Part shown: positions 22,536 through 35,841 of the stretch, piece by piece | Numbering within the stretch: the first letter of the stretch is position 1 | How the letters are laid out: every line of letters begins with the position of its first letter | Source: Narcine bancroftii | Lineage: Eukaryota | Assembly (NCBI RefSeq): GCF_036971445.1 | Contig: NC_091481.1 | Coordinates: 85,808,001-85,872,000 of the forward strand | DNA: 64,000 nucleotides | Direction of reading: 5' to 3' | The notes under the pieces: model-generated | What the model was told of the DNA's origin: nothing | Seen by the model: only the letters and a program-made list of their open reading frames with translations | The model's database searches: none | Translations under genes and position numbers: made by a program

Positions 22536-25500
22536 GGGGGAAGAAGGCAATTGGCTGTCACCATCACCTGTAGACCGAACAATACTGCATTGAGTCAGAA
22601 TGTAGAATGAGAAGATTTGAAGGCTGTGTGAACTGTAGTGGTAATGATAATCTCACATCAGAATAAACAGGTATAAAGCTGCTATGCTGGTCGTTATTTC
22701 CCTCAGTGACTCTAGGGGGAACTGAAGTTAGAGGCATTTATGTTTCTCATGGTACCCCTCAGTGTGAGAGGGCAGAAGCTACTGTGTCACATTATCCCCA
22801 CACCATTACATATAGGAGCAGAAATAGGCCATTTGGCCCATTGAGTCTGCTCCATTCTCCCACTCAGCCCCACTCCTTGGCCTTCTCCCCATAACCTTTG
22901 ATACCATTCAAGAGTCATCAAACATTCCTCATACGTTAATCCCTTCATTCCAGGAATCATTTTTGTAAATCTTCCCTGAACCCTCTCCAACACATCTTTC
23001 CTAAATAAGGAACCCAAAATTCCCCACCCTATTTCCTTGCTGACATGCCTGTCCGTGGTCTCATGCACAGCCAGACTAAGACCACCTGCAAATTGGAGGA
23101 ACACCTCATCTTCCATCTGGGCACCCTCCAACTGGATGGCATTAACATCGACTTCTCCGGTTTCTATTAAACCCCCTCCCCCTTCTCCTGTCATCTGTCT
23201 CTCTATAGCTTCCCTTTTGCCTCTATCTCCTTTCACCTAGCCAAAATCAATTCTCAACTTTCCTCTCATCATATCCATCTAACACCTTTTGTTGGTCTGG
23301 ACTCTTCCCAGGCCAGTCTTCAATCTTTATTCTGACACCTTCCTGTTCTTTGCTTACTCCTTGAAGGGCTCAGACCCAAAATGTCAGTAATATATCTTTA
23401 TCTTCTAAGGATGCTGCGAGATCAGCTGAGTTCCTCCAACATTCCTGTGTGCTTTTACTGCAATCACAGTGACTGCAGCCTTTAGAGTTTCACTTCACAT
23501 CCTTGGTTATCTTAGTGCAAAGCACGGAGGGAAAAGTGCTCACAGATTCACCAGTTGTCATCAGATTGTGGGGAATTTGAGGTCAGGATTGTTTTATGTA
23601 ATTGTCACCACAGGACAGGGGATGGCACTGGTGAGCTGATGACATTGAACATTGAAAACAATGTTTCTGGTTAGCGTATCACTGTTACAGAACCAGAGTC
23701 GCCGGTTCGAATCCCACACTGTCTGTAAGGAGTTTGCAAATTCTCTGTGTGTGTGTGCCGGTTTCCTCCCACACTCCAAAAAAAAGTACAGGAGATGTAG
23801 GCCAATTGGGTGTATTTGGGCGGCATGGGCCTGTTACTGTGGTGTATGTCTAAATTTAAGAAGTTTTGAGTTTTTTTTCAAAATTTAAAAGTTGAATTGA
23901 ATAGGCTGGGAGTGTAATCCCTGCAATAGAGCCATGGAACACTACAGCACAGAAACAGGCCATTCAACCCTTTTAGTCTGTCCCATCAACCTGCTCCCTG
24001 TCCATGTAGCGGTCCAAATTTTTCTTAAATGTCAACATTGACATAATATAGGACACCGAGGAGTGACATTCTCAGGGTTTACAAAATTATGATAATTGAT
24101 AGATGGACTTTTTTTTTCCCCCTAGGACTGAATCTTAGAGAGGAAAAGTTTAAAAGGTAGGGGAGAAATTTTGGAGATCTGACAACAAATCTGAACTATG
24201 AACTTTATGGACCCCTCTAGAAGTCATAGAACCATAGGACATTACCACAGAAAAGTCTAGTCTGTGCCGAACTATTATTCTGCCCAATGCCACTGGCCTG
24301 CACCCAGTCCATTGCCCTCCATGTCCCTTCCAATCATGTATCTGTCCAAATTTTTCTTACAGCATGGAAGTGCACCCTTTGGCCTTAATGAAATCACAGA
24401 ACTTCCAACAGGCAATGACACTTTATTTTATTCTCCCAACATTCCCAAATTCTATCACCCATTTGCACGCTAATGAGCAATTTGAAGCAGCCAACTAGCC
24501 TACCCATGTATCTTGGGAGCATCTTGGGAGAATGTGCCAACTCCACGCACACAATGCCTGAAGACAGGATCAAACCCGGGTGACTTGCTCAGTGAGGCAG
24601 TTTCTCTGCTTGCTGTAACACTGTGCCATCCTTGTCTATTGGTTCACCACCTTGCTCATGCCTGGTCTAATGGGGCTGGTTTGGGGAAGTGACTTGGTCA
24701 GCCCAGGCAAGATGGGCTGAAGGGCCAGTTTCTGTGATGTCAAACACTACAACCCTCCCTCCTTTTAGGCAAGTTTTGGAGATGGCTCCCATGCATTTAC
24801 ACAGCTGTGCCCAAACCTGTTGCTGCCTCAGCCCCTCCCACCACTGCCCATCCTGCCTGCACACCAATAACAGCTCGATTCACAAGGGAGACAGGAGAAA
24901 ATGAACTGGACGTCCAGCCTGCAATCCCGGGGGGATTTAAAAAAAGGTCACTTGGCTCTCAGAAAGTTTACTTCCCCATCTCTTGGTGCAAAATATTTAT
25001 CCAATTAACCTCACATCACAAACTACCAATCAGTGTAGCAGGGCTGGCACCCTTCCATTTAGATCAAGAATGATCTTGGAGTTTGGGGGGGGGGGGTGGT
25101 TTAAATCATATTAGTTTTCAAAAGATTTGGTTTTAATTTTTCTTTTTGGCCAACTTTTACAAATATGTCAATCCCAAAAGAATCCAAACAGAGTGAACTT
25201 CAAAAAAACTGTCCGCTTTGAAGTGTACAAGAGTGAGTGATTTTGAAGTGGCAGAATTTGTTGTACAGCAATGAAATTAATCAACCAAACCTGATGCAAG
25301 GTCTTGAAACAATTCCCCCTTGTTCCTCCCCTGCAGATACTGCCTGACCTGCTGAGTTCTTTCAGCAATTTTAATTTGCACTTGGTCAGAGTTGTCAAGG
25401 GATGGTCACTCTGCACCCAGTCAGCTTGAGCCTTCCCTCAACTGTGAAAGCTCTACAGTGTAACAGGAAAGTCCACAGACGCTGTGATTGTAGTAAAAAG

Positions 25501-28323
25501 CACAAATGCTGGAGGAAGTCATCCGGTCACACAGCATCCACAGGAGGGAGATATAACCGACGTTTACCTTGAAGAAGGGCTGAGGCCCGCAACGTTGGTA
25601 ATATGTCTTTACTTCCTGTGGACGCTGCGAGACCTGCAGTTCCTCCAGCATTTCTGTGTTTTCACTGTGGAAGTTCTGCAGCCAAGTCTAGAGGAGAGGG
25701 CTGCAGAGGCACAACTTTGCAGAGGGACCCTGCTATGCCGTCTTCACAGCTCCAGACTTCTCATTTCTGGGGCCTTGCTGACTTTCTCCAGTCCCCCAGC
25801 ACCCCTTCCTACAAACTCCTTTGCTCCCCACCTGTACCCTGGACGTAACGTACAGCCACATGCAGGGCGTCAACACACTTCCCCAGGAAGTCAGAGCCTC
25901 TACTGTGATAAATCCCAACCCCCAATATGCATTTCTATCCACTCCTGCCTCACAAACCCAGGCACTGACAGCTCCCCCAACCCATTATCCAATGCAGCAG
26001 GAGGGTAAACCTGCAAGAGTGTCACAGCCTGTCTGCTACCTCAAGTCTTTGACAGAGAACAGAGATTGGAGTAGGTTGGGGGGAGGAGCAGACGAAGCTC
26101 TACAAACCTGGCTGCAGGCCTTGCCCTGTTGTTTTCCCCACCCTCCACAAGAGCAGAGTTAATCCACACCTTCTGTTTACACTGCAGCTTTAAACAGTAT
26201 AACCATAACAGTACAGAAACAGGCCATCTCGGCCCCTCTCGTCCACAACGATTTAAGTGAACTCCACTAGTCCCACCTTCCTGCTCCCTGCCCATAACCC
26301 TCCAATCCCCTCACATCCATGCACTCATCCAACCTTCTCTTAAATGACAAAACTGACCCTGCTGCAACCACCTCTTCCGGAAGGTCATTCCACTCAGTAG
26401 ATGAGGAAAGAACCAAACCGTTCGGGGATTGGGTTGGTCCGGATTCTCAGGCGATTCTTTTAAAATTCAAATTTCAGGAGGAATAAAGAAGAAATGAACA
26501 GGTAAATTTTGATAGTTTATTCAATGGCAAATACAGCGTGCTTCATTTATCAAAAAAAAAAGCAGCTTTAAAGAAAAATAAAAATGCCGCTGTGCATCTG
26601 TGGCACTTACACACACACACACAAAAGCCTACTAAATTTTAAACGTTTGAGAGTTTTCAAAAAGTCTGGATTCTTGGGTGGTCTGGATTTCTGGCCTTCT
26701 GTACTTGCCTTTAACCCATGATGGTTTAACCCATCATGGCTCTCATTGGGGGGACCCTTGGGATTGAGGAAGACTTGCTTCCACCCTTCCACCCCAATTT
26801 TGCAAGCTCTGACATTGGAAGTATATTACAGGTGCAGAAAATTTTCCTTTAAGGGAGGGAAAGCTATTCCCTGCTAGGTGGATGCAGCCTGAGCTACAGA
26901 GTGTGTGTAAGTCTCTTATTTTAATCCCTAGCCTGAAATCTCCAGGCGTTCCTGCATGGAAACAGACTGACCGTGCTCTGCAGGGAAACTGTCCTGGCAA
27001 CTTCCCGCAAACTGCCAACATCCCTACGCAGACATCAATGGGAAGGGACGGCCCAAAATGACAAATTTGCTCTAGATGACCAGTTGAGAGGAGGAAGTCT
27101 CAGCTGAAGATCCTTGCTGATTCAGCAGCTTGGATGGAAATGTCTCACTTGGAAGAAGTTCAGATGCTTATTTTGGTAGTGTGCAAAATCCACAAACAGC
27201 AGCGAGACCAAAAAATCTGCAGTTAACCCATTCAGGAGCGAGGGGAAGAAGAGAAAGGTGTCCATTATACTAGCAGACTGTACCTTCTCTCTAAGGAGTA
27301 AAACATGAAGGTCTGCAGACACTGTGGTTGAAGTAAGAACACGACACTGGAGAAACTCAGCAGACAAACAGTGAACTTTATACAGCAGAGATAAAGATAC
27401 AGAACCAACGTTTCGGGCTTCAACCCTCATCAGGGTATGTGCAAAATGTTGGCAGGCGTCCGAGTTTGGGCATTTGTGGCCCTTACGCGCACACACTAAA
27501 TTTAGCCCACTAAATTTTAAACGTTTGAGATTTTTTCGAAAAGTCTGGATTCTTGCGTGGTCCAGATTTCTAGCATCTGAATTTTTAGCCTGTTTCTGTA
27601 CTTGCCTTTGTATTAATGGTTTGGGCGCCTGTCTGCATTTTTTTTGCTCATACCTTGATGAATGGCTCAAGTCTGAAATGATGTTCGGGCACCTGCCGAC
27701 ATTTTGCTCATACCTTGATGAGGGTTCAAGCCCGAAACATTGGTTATGTATCTTTATCTCTGCTATATAAAGTACACTGTTTGACTCTCTGCTATTGTGT
27801 TTTTACTCCAGACGGTACTGGCATCTTGAACATCTATCCAAGAGCACCAACACTTTAGACAGTACAACGCTCTGGGTGCACATGATGTATTCAAATCCGT
27901 TAAAGAATTGGCCGTTCATTGGTTAACATGGGGTTTGCAACTCTGGGCTATAATGAGCAATCTACAATCCCCTCACCAGAAGTGGCACAGAACTCTCTCC
28001 AGAACTGTGATGAAGCTACAGAAAGACAGATGGAGATTGGTCCTTTGTTTGTACTCTTGACCAGCAGGCTTGCCTTTATACAGCACCTTTCTCATTACTC
28101 CCAAAGAGCCTGACAGAAGAATGAAGTACAGTCAGAATGAAGTACTGTAAGAAATTCAGAAAGCTCAAGACCCTGAAGTGGTTTGGGCCCCAGGTTCTCT
28201 CCTCTCCACCCAAGACATTTGATAAGAAGCTGGCTGCATTCCTACGCCGCTCAGCTTGTCCGCCCTACCCCCACAGAGTGTTCCTCACAATGATGACTGC
28301 GGCACACATCATGTGGACACAGG

Positions 28324-29208
28324 TTAAGGGAGTGGTGGTTGGTCAGAGGCACCTCGGCGTTGAGCTGACCCAGGACTGGAAGGGGAAGAGATTCTGTAGG
28401 CCCCAGAATGCTTCATGGCCTCCTGCAGCCTGACTACATCCTGGGGGTCACTGCTCCGCATGGCGTTGCAGAACATGCGAACATGCTCCTTCAACTCGTC
28501 TACCTGCTGCTGCGTGCTGCCATTCTGGCGGATCAACTCCTTGGTTTTCAAAGTGATCTCCAGCAACCCAGAGCGGTTCAGGATCTCCACTGTGTTTCGG
28601 AAGCGGCGCTGCTTGGCTGGACTGGGGATGGAGCTCGGCTCACCACTGGGCAACTGTGCACCCAGAGGACCGGATGGCGCAGAGGAGGAAGAAGGGGAGG
28701 AAGATCCCGAGCATTCTGACGGAGAGACGAGATCCGGAGACAGCACAGGTGATGGGGATGCTGAGTCCAACTGGCTTAAAACGTTTGTGGCCCCAAGCCA
28801 CAGCTGTTGTTTTGAGTTCTGGAATTGCCAGTGAGCCTGGCAGCTTTCCACCGGCATCGTGTGGCCATTTTGGGGTGACGAAGATGCCAGTGGCTGGCCT
28901 CCCAACTCGTCGACCCACAACCGTTTGCTCTTGTGGTCCATAACCTTGTCCTGTTCCTGGTGGTCTTTGCGGTGTCGGCCTTTGGCTGGGTGTGGGGCAA
29001 TCTTGGGGTAGGAGTTTAAGATTGGGAGGTAGGTGTCCTTCCTGACTCCAGTCTTTGCTTCTGCCTTCCGGACCTTCAAGGAAGGCGGCAAAGGTTGCCG
29101 GATGAAGACCACTCTGGTCTGTCCTGGTGCGGGACCAAGGGAACACTGGTTTTCCAAGCTCTGGAGGCGGGTGTGAACAAGCTGGCTCCTTGCTGGAATG
29201 GACAAAGG
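28324..29208 (-). CDS. CIPC: CLOCK-interacting pacemaker-like protein, last coding exon
   Basis: Family motifs YLPILNSYPKIAPHP and KQRRFRNTVEILNRSGLLEITLKTKELIRQN...QVDELKEHVRMF. Acceptor ...tcttggacag| at 29209-29210, phase 0. Ortholog versus paralog is unresolved. Confidence 0.88.
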   Translation of the reverse strand, partial: PLSIPARSQLVHTRLQSLENQCSLGPAPGQTRVVFIRQPLPPSLKVRKAEAKTGVRKDTYLPILNSYPKIAPHPAKGRHRKDHQEQDKVMDHKSKRLWVDELGGQPLASSSPQNGHTMPVESCQAHWQFQNSKQQLWLGATNVLSQLDSASPSPVLSPDLVSPSECSGSSSPSSSSAPSGPLGAQLPSGEPSSIPSPAKQRRFRNTVEILNRSGLLEITLKTKELIRQNGSTQQQVDELKEHVRMFCNAMRSSDPQDVVRLQEAMKHSGAYRISSPSSPGSAQRRGASDQPPLP

Positions 29209-31269
29209 CTGTCCAAGACAGGAGAAACATAAATTAGGGCGAGAAATGGACAGCAGAATACACACAGGCCAATCTACTGTACAACAGGATTGCATAACAT
29301 CCAATGCAACAGTGTAACATGACCACAAGTGTCTATCAGAAGACATCCTTTCATTTAGTCAATGCATAACAACATTCAACATGTTTGTTTGCTGTTGTTG
29401 GATGAGCTTATCACATTTCCAGTAGAAACTATCACAAAATTTGCTTTTTTATTTGTCAGTGATCAATAATACATGACAAGAAAAAAAAGATTGGAAATAG
29501 AACAAGGGTTGGGTATTATACATAGAAACATGGTTAATGTATCAGGTGGATGACATTTAATCAGTTAGGCAGAGCTAAAAGTCAGACATATTAAATTGAA
29601 AGAAAGGGGTACGATGGAGAGAAGGGAGTGGCTGTGATACAGCAGATATCAAGAGAATAACTGACAAAGGCTAATGGTGCCATAGAGACAAATTCATGGG
29701 AGATCTTCCTGGGGATGAGATGTAAATAGAATGTAATACCAGTCGAATTTCTACAGGAGCTCTATCAAGTACATCCTGGCTGGTTGCATGACAGTGTGGT
29801 ATGGTTGCTGTAGAGCATTGGATCGGAGATCACTCAATCAAAATCTACTATTATTTAACAATATTTATTTATTTTTATCTATGTACTGCACAGGGTCGGT
29901 GCTGTATAATTACTCAGCAAAAATAGGTGGAAGGTGCTCCTTCCATCCAATAACCTACAGGGTCACCCTTGGGCAAGGTGTAGTACCTATTTAGCCTTCC
30001 AATCAGGGTCACGTGAAGCCATGGATTGCAGATGGTTTTTACAAGCAGATTCGACAAATTGGAATTTATGGTTGTGAAACCAGATCAATGGCCAGGTTAC
30101 CCGTCCAGAATGGAAACTGCAACTAAAGAAGGTAATGGGAAACCACTTCATTATTTTTCCCTTGTATAATCATGAACTCAACATTGACTACGGTCTCAGC
30201 TCAAAGATGGAGCCTTCACCAAAGGAGAACAGGGAGGCAAAAACTACAATTCGGAGAGTCAGAGATCGCGACGGATGGAGATACATGATTGTCCACGGCA
30301 AACTGCAAGGCCCTTGAATGATGATACGTACTGCATAGAAATCACTTGTAAATATGTGTGCTATGTCTTTATATGTGCTTGCTTGTTTTTATACCGAGGA
30401 CCGATGGACATTGTTTCATCCAGTTATACTTTACAATTGTATGACAGTAATAAACTTGAACTTGAAAATGAAGAAACCCTTCAGAGAGAAAACACAATGC
30501 TGGAACTGAGATACAAAGCCATGTAGCAATTGTTGGTATCCTGATCTAAAAGTGAACAATGGAAACATCCTGGAGGTCAAGGTGGGGGAAGAGAACAGAG
30601 TTAAGTAAAGCTGTCCAAATTTCAAATCCAATTGTGTTGACTGCTTTGGTGATGGCCACGAAGTGCATAGCAGTTGCTTGGAAGTCAGACTCTCATCTAG
30701 GCATTGTGCACTGGAATGCAGAAATACAGAGCTGTGTTCCCCTGGAGAAAATTCTTAAGGGGGAAATACGACCCCTTCCTTAAAATTTGGCAGCCGTACC
30801 TGCATTATATAGGGGCAAAGATGGTGGGGGGGGGGGGATCCATCTTAATTAGGTTGAGTCACAAAAATTTAAAGACCTGGAGGCTGGCGGTGGGGTCCCG
30901 ACGAATCCGACAATTTTTGTTCTTTCATTGTTTGTTTTTACTTTTTCAGAAGAATTTTTTTATGCGTGATTGTTTTGATTTACTTTTTGGCCTTTATGTC
31001 TGGAAGGTAAAGTGACACCGTAAAATGCTACAGGAATAGGGGACATAGACTATTGATGCCGTTTTTCTTTTTAGGGTAACTGTCCATTTAATTTTGTCTC
31101 TGGATATATTAGTTGGGATAAGGGAGGGGGAAGAAATTGGATGACAATGAAGCTTGTCTATAATTGGAAAATGTAGTTTGCTTTTATTATCATGGATTAT
31201 TATGGAAGTTTGAAAAATTATAAATAAAAAGTTTACGATTCACAGCGGGAAGAGGAACAGATACCTCAC

Positions 31270-31337
31270 AGTCTTCAGGACTGGCAATGGAGCCAACATT
31301 TCCAGTCGGAGACTGTTCTTCTGACCGTTTCCACATT
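31270..31337 (-). CDS. Candidate upstream CIPC-like exon (...EMLAPLPVLKT|)
   Basis: LAPLPVLKT resembles human CIPC LSPMVVMKNV at the end of the penultimate exon; the phase-0 donor gtgagg fits. An in-frame stop lies just upstream and the assembly gap is close, so the 5' boundary is unsure. Confidence 0.35.
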
Positions 31338-31421
31338 TTTAGTTTACATTTCCTGCCTCTTATCAACCTTTATCCTCAAGGACCCACCACCCAGGCCATG
31401 CCCTCTTCACACTACTACCAA

Positions 31422-31621
31422 NNNNNNNNNNNNNNNNNNNNNNNNNNNNNNNNNNNNNNNNNNNNNNNNNNNNNNNNNNNNNNNNNNNNNNNNNNNNNNN
31501 NNNNNNNNNNNNNNNNNNNNNNNNNNNNNNNNNNNNNNNNNNNNNNNNNNNNNNNNNNNNNNNNNNNNNNNNNNNNNNNNNNNNNNNNNNNNNNNNNNNN
31601 NNNNNNNNNNNNNNNNNNNNN
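31422..31621. other. Assembly gap (200 N)
   Basis: Run of N. Confidence 1.
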
Positions 31622-32329
31622 TCAGACATGTGTGCCCATAACAAGTACAAATTTGTACACTGTACTTATGTATGTGACGATAAACTCTCATACTCGAAAT
31701 AACACATGGTATCAGATGTCAGTCCCACAGTAGAATGTTGCTGCAGTCATGTGTCACTTAACATCTGCGATACGTTCTGTGAAATAGGATGTGATGCAAC
31801 ATTCATTTGGAGCGTTACTTAAATAGGCCCCAGAGAATTATTGAGGCCCCTTTCCATCCAGCACACAGTCATTTTGACCCACTACCATCAGGAAGGAGGT
31901 ACAGGAGCATCAAAAATCAGGACAGCCAGCCTGGGGAATAGACTCTTCCCACAGGCTGTGAGATTGATGAATGGTATCTGTGTAAATAATTCATAATATT
32001 TATAACTATTTATTTTAAATTATCTGTGTGTTGCACATGCGTGTGAGTGTGTGTGTGTCCACGTGCAAGTGTGCGCACCATGGTCCAGAGAAGCACCATT
32101 TTGTCAGGTTGCCTATGTACAGTCAGATGATAATAAACTTGAACTTGAACCTTTAAATGGCCAGTCTCTTATCCTGTAACTTGGTACTTTTTTCTCAAGA
32201 CTCCCCCAGAAAGTGAAAACATCTCAGTGTCCATGCTGTCCAAAGCCCTTTTAGGATCTTGCACATTGAATGATCACTGGGAATGCAGATGCCACCTTCA
32301 TTGGAAGGAACCCCAATTCCACCCAATTG

Positions 32330-34060
32330 ACCTACAATCTCCAGTACGTTTTGAAGGGTGGGAGGAAACCTATGCAGACACAAGGAGAATGTACAAACTC
32401 CTTTCAGGCAGCATGGTTTTCCAACCCGGGTCGCAGGTGCTGTAACAGTGTTGCACTAACCGAGCCGCCCCAATCTATACCATCTCAAAAGATTTCACTC
32501 TTAAAAGCACACGAGAAATAATTACTTATGATGGAAACAGCAGACATCATTTTAAAAAACACTAATTTTTATTCTCCAGAGTAATAAACAGTTGTGACAT
32601 TTTATATGTTAACCTCCAGTTACCTTTCCATTTTAAGCAACAATTTACAAAGTTCTATAGTCAGCCTGTTTTGGTATGGACCTCTTTAAATGAAGTCACT
32701 GATTCATATCTTGGTATTAAACCAAGAGCCCTGTCTCTCACAGACATACTATTATATGTGTGCAAGCTCTCCTCCAGCAAATCAACAAGATTCTGGGCAA
32801 ATCCAGGCGGGGAGTACTAAATGGACAACTGTCAACTTATGTTGAATATTCCAGCCACACCACATCCTGTACCCTCTACAAGACTGAGGATAGCATGGCT
32901 AGTGAACTCCAGATAAGTTCATCAGAGATTTCCTGCCACAGGTTATCCAACATCTCTGGAGCCACATCCCCTTGAAAGGAAGTACAGTTCTGGGGGGACC
33001 GAGGTCGACAACGAGCGGTATTAATTAGTCTGCCGGAGAGAACATTTCAATTATTAATCCCAACCAACCAAGCGAGTGCCGGTGTAAATGACAATTCTGT
33101 ATGTGAACGTCATCGCTAGCTCTGACATTTGTGTGTTAGGTTTAGGGGCAATGTGGAAATCCAGCTGGTCACCTCTAGTGTTTAGAACATTTTACTGTAG
33201 TGCGATAAGCAGAGAATGTTACACCACTGTAGGTTTCCCGAGCATTAGCTCCACCTGAACACTGTAACCTGTGTTGCCATAACATATATGCATGTTTTGC
33301 ACCAAGGTCACTGGCTCACCGGGTGGTACTTGTACAATCAGGTAACAATGAGCTTTCCTCACATTTTCACAGCAGACCATTGCGTTGATGTGAGCCATCG
33401 CAGCCAAACCCTTCCACTTCATGGTCTATGATTTTACTCCTCACTTGGCTGACCAATTCCTTAATGATTCCCCCGGCATCCACCTACACCAGGGGCAAGC
33501 AGTGTATCTTGGGGACGTGGGAGGAGAGCAGAGCACCAGGGTGGAGGTGCAAACAGTACTGGAGGTCATCACCTGGCACATCACTGTGCAGTCTAAGTTT
33601 TCAAACATTCCATATCCTGTTTCTAACAAGGTTTAACACAGAGCCACATTTGGAGGGCGAGGCAGAGAGATCCCATTCTTAGCTTCGGGGTCCCAGAAAG
33701 GAGACAATAAGAGTTAAAAATCAGGGGTTCACAAGAAAACTCTTCAGCTGCTGAATGGATAATTTGGTTTTTTTTTGTAAGTGAAGTGACAGTAAACACA
33801 CAGCAAGTCACATTCATACCACATTGCCTCCCCCTACAAATGATGTCTGCTGTTTCCATCATAAGTAATTATTTCTCGTGTGCTTTTAAGAGTGAAATCT
33901 TTTGAGATGGTATAGATTGGGGCGGCTCGGTTAGTGCAACACTGTTACAGCACCTGCGACCTGGGTTGGAAAACCATGCTGCCTGAAAGGAGTTTGTACA
34001 TTCTCCTTGTGTCTGCATAGGTTTCCTCCCACCCTTCAAAACGTACTGGAGATTGTAGGT
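32330..34060. repeat. 223-bp near-perfect inverted repeat pair (32330-32552 and 33838-34060)
   Basis: Arms are reverse complements; I found one mismatch (32428 vs 33962). Confidence 0.9.
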
Positions 34061-35290
34061 GACTGGTCCGACTTTAACATTTCTTTTAAAAAGGATCTGT
34101 CTACCTTCCCCATTAAAAGAAAAACACCAATTTCTTCAAGCATGCAAGAGTGCCTATTGGTCCTTCAACCAGAGACCTCAAAGTTTCCCCTGTCTCACCC
34201 ACCAATGGTCTACATTAACCTTGGGATTTTCCCAATTGCCTCGCCTGAGCAAGAACGTCGAGTGCCTGAAAAGTCAAAACCCAGGTTCAGGTTCAAAGCA
34301 AATAAATGCGCTGCTGCCTTGACATCATCTTCCCCAAGGTCTCTCTCCAAGGTCCCAATGCTTTAGGGTATTTGCAGCTCTATTTTGGATTTTTCGAATT
34401 TTTTTGGCCATTTTTGCAGGCACCTTTATCCCTACAATTAGAGCAGGTTCAACTACGATAATCTGTAGCCGCACTCGTTTCGCTCACATTCTTTGCATTC
34501 TCTCTTCCTCCTCTTCAATTATTCACGCACCACCTTCCCTTTTATCTCATTCCTATTTTGCCCTTTACATTTAATTCCACAGCAAATTGTACCCCTCTCC
34601 TTCTAAAAAGGTGCATAGTTAGTTCTCGATTGGGACTAGGGTCTGAATCCCGCACTGCATGTAAGGAGTTTGTACATTCTCCCCGTGTCTGCGTGGGTTT
34701 TCCCTGGGGGCTCCAGTTTCCTCCCACTGTTCGAAACATACCAGGAGTGTGGGGCTAATTGGGTGTAAATTGGACGACACGGACTCATAGGCTGAAAGGG
34801 CCTGTCACTGTGCTGTATGTCTAAAAAAGCTGTCGAGATGCAGAATAACATTGTCAGTATTTAACCCCAAGATTGTCCTTTGTCCTTTGCGCAGTAGTTC
34901 CGTCTTTGCTGCATTAATGTGTGCTACACTCATTCAGGGATGGAAACGTGGAGAGATCTTCCAGAACAGAACTAGTGTCCACAGAGGTACATCCCCAGCC
35001 ACACCTCCTCTCGTGACTGGTGCTCCATCAGGCAGGCTGCTTCCCGACAAGTACATAATTCCCTGAAAGTGGCGTCACAGGAGGACAGGATTGTAAAGAG
35101 ATCTTTTAGCATATTGGCCTTCATAAATCAAAGTATTGAGTGTAGGAGTTGGGATGTTAAAATTGTATAAGACATTGGCGAGGCCAAATTTAGAGCATTG
35201 CGTGGAGTTTTAGTCAATTATTACAGGAAATAAATAAGAATGAGGGAAATTTGATAGAGGTATTTAAAATTATGAGGGGGACAGAGTAAA

Positions 35291-35841
35291 TGTTGTCTCC
35301 GCTCCATCCTCAACATTCATTGGAGCGCTTTCATCCCTAACGTCGAAGTACTCGAGATGGCAGAGGTCGACAGCATTGAGTCCACGCTGCTGAAGATCCA
35401 GCTGCGCTGGGTGGGTCACGTCTCCAGAATGGAGGACCATCGCCTTCCAAGATCGTGTTATATGGCGAGCTCTCCACTGGCCACCGTGACAGAGGTGCAC
35501 CAAAGAAAAGGTACAAGGACTGCCTAAAGAAATCTCTTGGTGCCTGCCACATTGACCACCGCCAGTGGGCTGATATCGCCTCAAACCGTGCATCTTGGCG
35601 CCTTACAGTTTGGCGGGCAGCAACCTCCTTTGAAGAAGACCGCAGAGCCCACCTCACTGACAAAAGACAAAGGAGGAAAAACCCAACACCCAACCCCAAC
35701 CAACCAATTTTCCCCTGCAACCGCTGCAACCGTGTCTGCCTGTCCCGCATCGGACTTGTCAGCCACAAACGAGCCTGCAGCTGACGTGGACATTTACCCC
35801 CTCCATAAATCTTCGTCCGCGAAGCCAAGCCAAAGAAGAAG
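35291..35841 (+). mobile_element. RTE-clade LINE 3' fragment nested in a CR1
   Basis: Same family as 18457-19121; CR1 sequence on both sides. Confidence 0.9.

Noticed and set aside
29209-29346. N-terminal 46 codons of the 340-aa ORF as the CIPC start
   Set aside because: Lies upstream of a good splice acceptor and has no CIPC similarity; probably intron read-through.
30010-32065. CACGTG E-boxes (30010 and 32060) near the CIPC-like gene
   Set aside because: Both fall in repeat-derived sequence and 6-mers are expected by chance.
33421-33600. Peptide LADQFLNDSPGIHLHQGQAVYLGDVGGEQST resembling MIA (LADYSRSDCRFINIHQGQVVYV...GDYVGEQST)
   Set aside because: Short match needing a gap of about 17 aa, with no conserved cysteine and no splice sites. 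By rough estimate it is compatible with chance; a tBLASTn or HMM search would settle it.
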